Position numbers and translations under genes: made by a program. Of a DNA stretch of 64,000 bases, positions 38,901-49,339 are shown piece after piece. The stretch comes from Mobula hypostoma. Lineage: Eukaryota. The stretch's first letter is position 1; each line of letters begins with the position of its first letter. Location: contig NC_086097.1 in NCBI RefSeq assembly GCF_963921235.1, positions 41,728,001 through 41,792,000 on the forward strand, written 5' to 3'. The notes beneath the pieces were generated by a model that was not told where the DNA came from, made no database searches, and saw nothing but the letters and a program-made list of their open reading frames with translations.

Positions 38901-40472
38901 TCCGAGGGATATTTTAGGGATTCATTGTCTTAGAGGGAGCGAGTGGGATTATAGGGAGAGGGGTGACATTACTAGTCAGGGAAAATGTCATGGCATTGCT
39001 CAGATAGGTTAGAGTGGGGAGTTTATCAAATGAAACTATGTGGATGGAATTGAAGAATAAGAAAGGGATGACCATGTTAATGGAATTATATTATAGATGA
39101 CTGTTGATAGTTGCGACCTGTTGCAAGAAGTATATGGTTGTAATAGTAGAGGATTTTAACTTTTCACATATTGGCTGGGACTCCCATACTGTAAAAGGAC
39201 TGGATAGAATAGAGTTTGTCAAACATGCACAGGAAAGTTTCCTTAGTCAGTACATAGAGTTCCCGGCTGTGATACTAGATCTACAATTAAGGAACGAGAC
39301 AGGGTAAGTGACAGGCGTTTCTGTAGGGGTATATTTTGCATCTAGTGATAACAATGCCATTAGTTTCAAGATATTTATGAAGAAGAATAAGTCTGGTCTT
39401 CAGGTTGAGGTTCTAATTGAACAGCATTCAAACGTACGTGTCTTTTTTGTCCAGGTGGGTTAGGGCCAGGTGGAGGGTGAAGGCAATGGCTTTGTCTGTT
39501 GAACGGTTGGGGCGGTACGTGGACAGATGATAACGTAGTAAACTGGATCAGCAAATTTCCAAATGACACCAAGATTGGGGATATAGTTTACAGCGGCGAA
39601 AACTATGAAAACTTACAGCGGGATCTGCACCAGCTGGAAAAATGAGTTGAAAAATGGTTGATGGAGTTTAATACAGATAAGTGGGAGTTGTTGAACTTTG
39701 GGAAGACAAACCGGGGTAAGACTTACACAGTGAGCCGTGGGACACTGGAGTGCAGTAGAACAGAGGGATCTGGGAATCCGTATCTATAATTTCCCTTAAA
39801 AGTGGTGTCACAGGTAGATAGGCTCATAATGAAAGCTTTTGGCATATTGGCCTTCACAAATTAAAGTATTGAGTACAGGAGTTGGAATGTTATGTTGAAT
39901 TTGTATAAGATGTAATGAAGCCTAATCTGGAGTATTGTGTGCAGTTTTGGTCACCTACCTACAGGAAAGTTGTCAATAAGGTTGAAAGAGAGCAGAGAGA
40001 ATTTAAAAGGATGTTGCTAAGCCTTGAGTACCTGAGTTATAGGGTAGGATAGGGTTGGATTTTGTTTCCTAGAGTTTTGGAGTTCGAGGGAAGATTTTGA
40101 AAGAGGTATACAAAATTATGAGTGGATAAATAGGGTAAATGCAAGCAGGCTTTTTCCATTGAGGTTGGGTGAGACTACTACTAGAGTTTACGGGTTAAGG
40201 ATGAAAGGTGAAATGTTTAAGGGGAACATGAGAGGGAACTTCTTCATTCAGAAGGTGGTGAGTGTGTGAATGAGCCGACAGCCCAGGTGTGGATATGGGT
40301 TCAATTTCAACATTTAAGAGAAATCTGGATAGGTACAGTAAGGATGGATGAGGGATGGACAGCTATGGTCCAAGTGTAGGTCAGTGGGACTAGGCAGACT
40401 AATAGTTCACCATGGACTAGATGGGCCAAAGGGCCTGTTTCTATGCTGTAGTGTTCTATAATGCTATGACTC
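38900..40472 (+). mobile_element. Decayed, internally deleted CR1
   Basis: EDFNFSHIGWD..ILDL (39104-39307) followed by RT 3' remnants and a CR1 tail. Confidence 0.8.
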
Positions 40473-41448
40473 TAAGAACAAGGAATTGATTGTGGACTTC
40501 AGGAAGAGGAAATTGAGAGAACACACAGGAATTCCCATTGAGTGTCAGCTGTGGAAAGTGTGAGCAGCTTCAAGTTCCTGGAAGTCAACATGTCAGAGGA
40601 TCTGTCCTGAGCCCAATACATTGAGGCAGTCATAAAGAAGCCATGTCATTTACTCTACTTTGTTGGGAGTTTGAGGAGATTCAGTATCTCACCAAAGGCT
40701 CGCATACAGTGAAGAGCATTCTGACCAGCTGGCATCACATCTTGGTATGAAGGCTACGATGCACAGGATCACAAGAAGATGCTGAGGGTTGTCATCTCAA
40801 TCAGCTCCATCACTGGCACAACCCTGTCCTCCGCTGATGATGTTTTCAAAAGGCAGTTGTTGTATTCTTTATATGTACTGTGGGTTACTAAGAACAAACC
40901 ATATTCTGGAAGAATTAAAACTAGAACTTTTATTTACAACAGCAAACAGCAAACAGCAACCACGTTTTCACCATATGGTTTCTAGATCATTCTGTCATTT
41001 CTACGCATGTTCCAAACTCTGTTCAATCATGTTCTTACATGTGATACGTGATATCACCACATCTTCCTTTCCTTAAAAAGAAAAACAATTAGCAACATTA
41101 ACCAGAATAAATGCATAATTTAACATGTCTCTATGGGGGTTTACGAACACTGGTTCACATAGTTCTCGTATTTCATCATTATTTTCATGTTTCGTCTGGT
41201 CTGCATCAGTTAACTGAAACTCCGAAGTTGGATCTTTCTTGGGGTCTTTGAGAAGAAATCGCAATTCATTCATTAACTGTGTAATCTCTTTTTTATGCTT
41301 TGTCAGATGCTGGTAACAAAGGGATGGGTCTGGGATTTTTCTTTATGGCTTCTTTTACTTTTGCCGTGTTGGAATCAAATTCTGTTCTCCCTTGCTCTGT
41401 ATTCTGACTCTGTGTCACTATCCAGGACTAATTCTCTTTTCACCAAAT

Positions 41449-41877
41449 TCAGTCTCTCTCAGGCAGATAAACCAAGTATTGACTGTACATTTTCTGCACG
41501 ACCACAAATGAAAGCGTGTGCATACTATTTTTGTGTGATACTTTCACCACACATGTTCCTTTAACTGGAATGTCTGCACCTGAATACCCAGTCACTTTTA
41601 TATTTGTCTGATGTAACTTTGGCCTAGGCTTTAATGCATTAAAGTCAGATTCTGCAAGAACATTTACTTGTGCTCCAGTATCCAGTTTAAACAGAATAAC
41701 ATTTTGGTTCACTTGCAATGGCATAGTCCAGTCATTCTTACTTTGTTTGTTTTCACAAAGCACATCTATATAAAGCTCTTCGCGTTTATTTTCAAGCACT
41801 GCATTTATGTGTTTTATTTCCTTTCTACTTCTGCAACAGTGTGAAAAGTGATTACTCTGACCACAGTTGTTACACAT
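41449..41877 (-). pseudogene. Gag zinc knuckle plus aspartic protease (disrupted)
   Basis: CNNCGQSNHFSHCC (Cx2Cx4Hx4C) and FKLDTGAQVN; ILGLSACERL follows after a frameshift. Confidence 0.88.
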
Positions 41878-42007
41878 TTTACGATATGCTGGACATTTTT
41901 TAGGTCGGTGCTCCCACCCAGAGCGATCACAAAGTTTTTTTCCTTTCAGGTGACGTCTTACTCACTGTCGGTTTCGTTGCCACTTCATTATTTTTTCTAA
42001 CATGTTC

Positions 42008-42646
42008 TCAGTTATTCACAGCGTGTATGTTGCAGCTCTCAATAAAAAGCTCTTTTGCCTGTGACATCACAGTTTCCGAAGCTTTGCACAGCCTCAAAGC
42101 TTTTTCCAAGTCGATGTCTTGTTCTCTTAACAGTCTTTCTCTCAGACCATTATCCAAAATGCCACAAACAATTCTGTCTTTAATGAGAGAGTCTGTGAGG
42201 TCTGTAAACTCGCAAGTTTTACTGTGGTGTCTCAATTCCATAACAAATTGATCAATCGTTTGACCAGCTTTCTGCTTGCATGTAAAGAATTTGTACCGTT
42301 CATACGTCACATTGCGCTTCGGTATACAAAATGCTTCAAACTTGTCAATTATCGATTTTAGATTCAAATTATCTCCATTTTCAAAACTAAAATGGTTATA
42401 TACCTCAATTGCTTCATCCCCTATTACGTGGAGTAGGATCGCTACTTTCGTTTTTTCCATTTTATTTTCTGCTCCAATTGCCGATAAATAAATTTTAAAA
42501 TGCTGTTTAAATCTTTTCCAGTTTTCAGCTATGTTTCCACTCACCTGAAGCATTGATGAGAGTTGCAAAACTTCCATTTTTAAAGCTATTAGCAAACAAT
42601 GAAAAAGTTTGCACTCTTTTTTTTCGATTATCTTCGCATCTCCCAT
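42008..42646 (-). CDS. Gypsy-type Gag (capsid region)
   Basis: GNIAENWKRFKQHF..AILLHVIG..NVTYERYKF..QKAGQTIDQF..LIKDRIVCG; true start probably MEVLQL. Confidence 0.85.
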   Translation of the reverse strand: MGDAKIIEKKECKLFHCLLIALKMEVLQLSSMLQVSGNIAENWKRFKQHFKIYLSAIGAENKMEKTKVAILLHVIGDEAIEVYNHFSFENGDNLNLKSIIDKFEAFCIPKRNVTYERYKFFTCKQKAGQTIDQFVMELRHHSKTCEFTDLTDSLIKDRIVCGILDNGLRERLLREQDIDLEKALRLCKASETVMSQAKELFIESCNIHAVNN

Positions 42647-43873
42647 GTTAGCGAAACGAATTATTCTTCCAGACTGACTTCTGACACCATGTTATGTTCT
42701 TTATACGTACCGTGAGTATTTAATAAGAACAAACCATATTCTGGAAGAATTAAAACTAGAACTTCTATTTACAAACAGCAACCACGTTTTCACCATACAG
42801 TTTCTAGATCATTCTGTCATTTCTGCGCATGCTCTGAACTCTGTCCAATCACGTTCTTACACGTGACACATGATATCACCACAGCAGTGACTGAAAAAGG
42901 CAACATCCATCACCAAAGACCCACACCAGTCGTGACTTGTCCTCTTCCCATTATTGCCATCAGGAAGGAGGTACAGGAGCCAGATTCCGAAACAGTTTCT
43001 TCCACTCCACGATCATATTTCTGACTGGTCCATGAAAACTATCTCATTATTCCTTTTTTGCTGTATTACTTACTTTTGTAATTTCGGGTAATTGTACGTC
43101 TCTGCATTTGTACTGCTGCCACTAAACAGCAAATTTCACACCTTTTAAGCCAGTGATAATAAATCTGCTTCAGATTCAGATTAACGCATATAAACAAGAT
43201 GCTTGCATGGTAGGATTGCCAAGCCACAAATTAATTTTTCAGTTAATTTTTCCTCCACCAAATTCGATGTCTACATTAAGCACACTGTTGATTTTAATTT
43301 CAATTTCTTGTTGCTTTGCATTAATTTTTGCAGATATACTAAATAAACAAATCACTTCAAAAACTACCCATTCAAAGCGAGCAGTGGACAATGGTCCTTG
43401 AAAAGGGAAAAAACACTCAGAAGAATACCACACAGTTCCAATTCAGAAAAATAGATTATTTATCTTTTCTTTTACTAAGCAAAATGCACTATTAAAGTTA
43501 TTGTTCTTTCTATATTTTGGTTATGTAAATCTGATCAAATTTATGACCTGTTGTCAGCGCTCTGTACATTTTCCCTGCCTTTAAAGAGAAAGCATTGAAT
43601 TTTGGTGATAAGAAATGCAATGTGAAGTAATTGTCAAGATTGGCTTCATCTTCCTCTGGTGTTACACACAGAGAATGCTGGAGGAACTCAGCAAGTTAGG
43701 CATCATCTATGGAGGGGAATAAACAGTTGGTGATTTGGGCTGAGACACTTCATCAGGTACCCATAGCTTATTCTGTTCCATAGCCACTGCCCAACTAGTT
43801 GAGTTCCTAAGCAACACACACAAAATGCTGGCGAAACGCAACAGGTCAGGCAGCATCTATGGAAATAAATAAA

Positions 43874-43910
43874 CAGTCACTGTTTTGGCCTAGACCCTTC
43901 TTCAGGACTG
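43874..43910 (-). ncRNA. Decayed hammerhead motif
   Basis: CAGUC-CUGAAGA-AGGGUCUAGGCC-AAAACAGU-GACUG; helix I intact, GAAA box and cleavage site mutated. Confidence 0.5.
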
Positions 43911-44251
43911 GAAAGGAATGGGGAAGATGCCAGAATAAGAAGATAGTGGTAGAGGAAGGAGGCTAGCTAGAAGGTGAGAGGTGTAGCCAGGTGGGTAGAA
44001 AAGATACAGGGCTGGAAAGGGAGGAGGAGGAGATAGGCAGGTGAAAAGAGATATTAGGCCAGAGTGGGGAATAGAAAGGAGGGGAAGGGAATTTTTTTTT
44101 TACCGGAAGGAGAAATCGATATTCATGCCATCAGGTTGGAGGTTACCCAGATGGAACATAAGGTGTTGCTTCTCTACTCTGAGGGTGGCCTCTTTTGGCA
44201 CAAGAGGAGGCCATGGAGCAACGTGTCTGAAAAGGAATGGGAATGGGAATT

Positions 44252-46246
44252 CCCACCTGCTTCGATGACGTCGACTGAAATGTCTTCCATGATGAGGATA
44301 TCTCCAAGTTCACAGATGGAGTCACATGCTTCATCCAGAAGTGCATCGACAATGTTGTCTCCCAGAAGTCGGTCAGGGTCTTCACGATTCAGAAACGCTG
44401 GATCAATAGTTCCGTGCCAGCAGCAGTTACTGCGCGACATAGAGCTTACATTGCCTGCCGTCAGCTAGAGCTCAAGAAAAGCAGCTATGATCTGCGCAAA
44501 GCTTTCAAGGCTGTGAAACAACAATACAGGGACAAGATTCACAATGAATAGCACACGTGGCTTGTGGCGAGGGCTGCATACCGTCGCAGACTTCAAAGCC
44601 AAACGTTGTGGTGCTGCCAACATCACGGCCTCTCTTCCAGATGAGCTCAATTGTTTTTACGCTCAGTTCGATGTTGCTAACTCTGAGCCTCTATGGAAAG
44701 CCACTGCTACAACCTGCAACCTGGTCATCTCTGAGGCTGAGGTACGCAGATGTTTCCAATGAGTGGACAGTCGCAAGGCTGCAGGACCAGACTGCATCCC
44801 AGGGCGAGTACTCAGGATGTGCACAGCACAACTGGCAGGTGTGTTTACTGACATTTTTAATCTCTCCGTCTCCCAGTGTAGAGTGCCTTCCTGCTTCAAA
44901 TTATCCACCATTGTCCCTGTACCAAAAAAGACCAAGGTAACATGCCTGAACGACTGGTGTCCCGTCGCACTCACCTCAATAATAAGCAAATGCTTTGAGA
45001 GGCTGGTCAACGATTACATCTGCAGCTTGCTACCACCCAAAATGGACCCCCTACAATTCGCCTACCAATACAACCGATTGACAGAAGATGCAATAGCCAC
45101 TGCTCTACATAACGTCCTTACACACTTGGAGACAAAGGATTCTTATGTGAGAATGCTGTTCTTGGACTACAGTTCAGCATTCAACACCTAATTCCATCCA
45201 GGCTCGACCAGAAGCTCAGAAACCTCGGCCTTGACCCTGCCTTGTGCAGCTGGATCCTGGACTTCCTGTCAGATCGCCGGCAGGTTGTAAGAGTGGGCTC
45301 CCTCTCCTCCAACCCTCTGACTCTCAATACAGGAGCCCCTCAGGGCTGCGTACTGAGTCCCCTCCTTTACTCTTTATGTACCCATGACTGTGTCGCCACG
45401 CACAGCTCTAATCTGTTAATTAAATTTGCTGATGACACTACATTGATTGGCCTAATCTCAAACAATAATGAGGTGGCCTACAGGGAAGAAGTCACCTCTC
45501 TGACACAGTGGTGTCAAGAAAACAACCTCTCCCTCAATGTTACAAAAACAAAGGTTGTGGACAACAGGAGGAATGGAGACAGGCTAAGCCCTATTGACAT
45601 CAATGGATCTGGGGTTGAGAGGGCAAACAGCTTTAAGTTCCTCAGCATCCACATCATCGAGGACCTCACATGGTCTGCACACACCAGCTGTGTGGTGAAA
45701 AAGGCACAACAGCGCCTCTTTCACCTCAGACAGTTGAAGAAGTTTGGTATGGGCCCAAATCCTAAGAACTTTCTATAGGGGTACAATTGAGAGCTTCCTG
45801 ACTGGCTGCAGCACTGCCTGGTATGGGAACTGTAGCTCCCTTAATTTCAGGACTCTGCAGAGAGTGGTGCGGACAGCCGAGCGCATCTGTAGTTGCGTAC
45901 TTCCCATGATTCAGGGCATTTACAAAGACAGGTGTGTCAAAAGGGCCCATAGGATCATTGAAAACCCAAGTCACCCCAACCACAATCTATTCCAGATTCC
46001 AGACTTTAGGAAACGGTACCGCAGCATGAAAGCCAGGACTAATAGGCTCCAGGACAGCTTCTTCCACCAGGCCATCAAGACTGATAACTCACAGTGTATT
46101 CTATGTTCCATTAACTGTTCTATTTATTATAAATTATTACAAATTACTGTAAATTACACGTTGCACATTTAGAAGGAGATGTAACGTAAAGATTTTTACT
46201 CCTCATGTATGTGAAGGATGTAAGAAATAAAGTCAATTCAATTCAA
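44252..46246 (+). mobile_element. Rex1/Babar LINE, 5'-truncated
   Basis: [74 protein letters not shown] tail. Confidence 0.93.
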
Positions 46247-46335
46247 AAGTTTGGCCACCGAGAGGTTCCGCTTTTGGTGGATGGAGCACAGGTGCTCAAC
46301 GAAGCTCTCCCCCAATTTACCACGGGTCTCACCGA

Positions 46336-48166
46336 AAAAGATTGGTTAAGACAAATGTAGGTCCCCTACAGACAGAAACAGGTGAATTGATTATGGGGAG
46401 CAAGGACATGGCTGACCAATTGAATAATTACTTTGGTTCTGTCTTCACTAAGGAGGACATAAATAATCTTCCGGAAATAGTAGGGGACAGAGGGTCCAGT
46501 GAGATGGGGGAACTGAGTGAAATACATGTTAGTAGGGAAGTGGTGTTAGGTAAATTGAAGGGATTGAAGGCAGATAAATCCCCAGGGCCAGATGGTCTGC
46601 ATCCCAGAGTGCTTAAGGAAGTAGCCCCAGAAATAGTGGATGCATTAGTGATAATTTTTCAAAACTTGTTAGATTCTGAACTAGTTCCTGAGGATTGGAG
46701 GGTGGCTAATGTAACCCCACTTTTTAAAAAAGGAGGGAGAGAGAAACTGGGGAATTATAGACCGGTTAGCCTAACATCAGTGGTGGGGAAACTGCTGGAG
46801 TCAGTTATCAAAGATGTGATAACAGCACATTTGGAAAGCGGTGAAATCATCGGACAAAGTCAGCATGGATTTGTGAAGGGAAAATCATGTCTGACGAATC
46901 TCATAGAATTTTTTGAGGATGTAACTAGTAGAGTGGATAGGGGAGAACCAGTGGATGTGGTATATTTGGATTTTCAAAAGGCTTTTGACAAGGTCCCACA
47001 CAGGGGATTAGTGTGCAAACTTAAAGCACATGGTATTGGGGGTAAGGTATTGATGTGGATAGAGAATTGGTTGGCAGACAGGAAGCAAAGAGTGGGAATA
47101 AACGGGACCTTTTCAGAATGGCAGGCAGTGACTAGTGGGGTACCGCAAGGCTTAGTTCTGGGACCCCAGTTGTTTACAATATATATTAATGACTTGGATG
47201 AGGGAATTAAATGCAGCATCTCCAAGTTTGCGGATGACACGAAGCTGGGTGGCAGTGTTAGCTGTGAGGAGGATGCTAAGAGGATGCAGGGTGACTTGGA
47301 TAGGTTGGTTGAGTGGGCAAATTCATGGCAGATGCAATTTAATGTGGATAAATGTGAAGTTATCCACTTTGGTGGCAAAAATAGGAAAACAGATTATTAT
47401 CTGAATGGTGGCCGATTAGGAAAAGGGGAGGTGCAACGAGACCTGGGTGTCATTATACACCAGTCATTGAAAGTGGGCATGCAGGTACAGCAGGTGGTGA
47501 AAAAGGCGAATGGTATGCTGGCATTTATAGCGAGAGGATTCGAGTACAGGAGCAGGGAGGTACTACTGCAGTTGTACAAGGCCTTGGTGAGACCACACCT
47601 GGAGTATTGTGTGCAGTTTTGGTCCCCTAATCTGAGGAAAGACACCCTTGCCATAGAGGGAGTACAAAGAAGGTTCACCAGATTGATTCCTGGGATGGCA
47701 GGACTTTCATATGATGAAAGACTGGATGAACGAGGCTTATACTCATTGGAATTTAGAAGATTGAGGGGGGATCTGATTGAAACGTATAAAATCCTAAAGG
47801 GATTGGACAGGCTAGATGCAGGAAGATTGTTCCCAATGTTGGGGAAGTCCAGAACGAGGGGTCAGAGTTTGAGGATAAAGGGGAAGCCTTTTAGGACCGA
47901 GATTAGGAAAAACTTCTTCACACAGAGAGTGGTGAATCTGTGGAATTCTCTGCCACAGGAAACAGTTGAGGCCAGTTCATTGGCTATATTTAAGAGGGAG
48001 TTAGATATGGCCCTTGTGGCTAAAGGGATCAGTGGGTATGGAGGGAAGGCTGATACAGGGTTCTGAGTTGGATGATCAGCCATGATCACACTGAATGGCG
48101 GTGCGCGCTCCAAGGGCCAAATGACCTACTCCTGCACCTATTTTCTATGTTTCTATGTTTCTATGT
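46336..48166 (+). mobile_element. Young 5'-truncated CR1
   Basis: Uninterrupted RT ORF, 3' UTR and (TTTCTATG)n tail. Confidence 0.95.
46342..48066 (+). CDS. CR1 ORF2 reverse transcriptase domain and C-terminus (no endonuclease)
   Basis: 574 aa open frame: KSPGPDG, NYRPVSLTS, YLDFQKAFDKVPH, SGVPQG, KFADDTK, VRPHLEYC. Confidence 0.9.
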   Translation: MVKTNVGPLQTETGELIMGSKDMADQLNNYFGSVFTKEDINNLPEIVGDRGSSEMGELSEIHVSREVVLGKLKGLKADKSPGPDGLHPRVLKEVAPEIVDALVIIFQNLLDSELVPEDWRVANVTPLFKKGGREKLGNYRPVSLTSVVGKLLESVIKDVITAHLESGEIIGQSQHGFVKGKSCLTNLIEFFEDVTSRVDRGEPVDVVYLDFQKAFDKVPHRGLVCKLKAHGIGGKVLMWIENWLADRKQRVGINGTFSEWQAVTSGVPQGLVLGPQLFTIYINDLDEGIKCSISKFADDTKLGGSVSCEEDAKRMQGDLDRLVEWANSWQMQFNVDKCEVIHFGGKNRKTDYYLNGGRLGKGEVQRDLGVIIHQSLKVGMQVQQVVKKANGMLAFIARGFEYRSREVLLQLYKALVRPHLEYCVQFWSPNLRKDTLAIEGVQRRFTRLIPGMAGLSYDERLDERGLYSLEFRRLRGDLIETYKILKGLDRLDAGRLFPMLGKSRTRGQSLRIKGKPFRTEIRKNFFTQRVVNLWNSLPQETVEASSLAIFKRELDMALVAKGISGYGGKADTGF

Positions 48167-49339
48167 AGGGGAGGCCACATTGGGAACACCAGACACAATA
48201 GATGACCCCCAGTAAATTTGCAAGTTGAGGTTTTGCCTGACCTAGAAGGTTTGGGGGCCCTTGATTAGAGATGAGGAAGGATGTTAACGGGCAGGTGTAG
48301 TACTTTGGTCACTTGCAGAGATAAGTACCAGGAGGGAGGTTAGTGGAGAGAGGCAAATAGACATGGGAATCATGGAGATAGTGATCGCTGTGGAAAGCGG
48401 GGGCAGGGGGGCAGGAGGTAAAGATACGCTTGATGGTAGGATCCCCTTGGAGATTCTAGAAGTCACAGAGGATGATATGTTGGATGTGGAGGCTCATGGG
48501 GTAGTAGGTAAGGACAAGAGAACTCCATCGCTGTTAAGGCAGCGGGGAGATGGGGTGAACGCAGATGTCCAGGAATGGAGGTAATGCAGTAGAGGGCAGC
48601 ATCAATAGTGGAGGGAGGGAAACTCGTTCTTTGAAGACAGAGGATATCACTGATGTGCTGGAAAGGAAAACTGCATCCTGGGAACAGACTGAGAAAAGGC
48701 AATAGCATTTGAGGTATGAGGATATAGTCAAGATAAATATTGGAATCAGAAGGTTTACAAAAGATGTTAGTTGACAGTTTGTCTCCAGAAATGGAGAGAG
48801 AGAGATTGAAAAAGGAGAGGGAGGAGTCAGAAATGGACCAAGTGAAGTTGGAGGCAAAGTTGATGAAATTGACAAGCTGTGTGGGTGCATGAAGCAGCAC
48901 CAATGTTGTCACGGAGGAAAAGTTGGGGAGCATTACCAGGAAAGGTTTGGAACGTGGACTCTTCTACATAGCCAACAAAGAGTCAGGCATAGCTGGAGTC
49001 CATGCAGGTGCCCATGACAACCCTTCTAGTCTGGAGAAAGTGGGAGGAGCTGAATGAAACACTTTTGAGGGTGAGGACCAGTTCTGCCAGATTGAAAAGG
49101 GTGGTGGTGGTGGAGGGGAACTGGTTGGTTCTTTTATTGCAAAAGGAACAGAGAGCTTTAAGGCCTTCTTTACGGAGGATAAAAGTGCATAGGGACTGAA
49201 TACCATAAATTCCCCCAGCATGCTCTATGTGTTGCTCAAGATTAACCGCAGAATCACTTGTATTTACTATTCAATGGTACTGTTGATGTTTGCCACTTGT
49301 TGCTAATTTCATATTAGGAAAGAGGTCATCAGTGGATTG

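Larger units (their letters stand above)
40858..42883 (-). mobile_element. Complete 2026-bp non-autonomous Ty3/Gypsy-type LTR element (gag and protease only)
   Basis: LTRs 42690-42883 and 40858-41061 (TG..CA); PBS TGGTGTCAGAAGT at 42677-42689; PPT AAGGAAAGGAAGA at 41062-41074; 5-bp TSD GCAGT at 40853-40857 and 42884-42888. Confidence 0.93.
40473..43180 (+). mobile_element. Rex1/Babar-type 3' fragment hosting the LTR element
   Basis: Flanks rejoin as TTTTCAAAAGGCAGT-GACTGAAAAAGGCAACATCCATCACCAAAGACCC..CCATCAGGAAGGAGGTACAGG. Confidence 0.75.
43660..49260 (-). mobile_element. Decayed Penelope-like element (RT and GIY-YIG) with tandem terminal repeats, split by two LINEs
   Basis: Pieces ~43660-44251, 46247-46335, 48164-49260; rejoined GVIYCVWCSQCGLPYIGET; QPDGMNIDFS-type C-terminus near 44110-44170; RT remnants 48700-49200. 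Confidence 0.87.
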
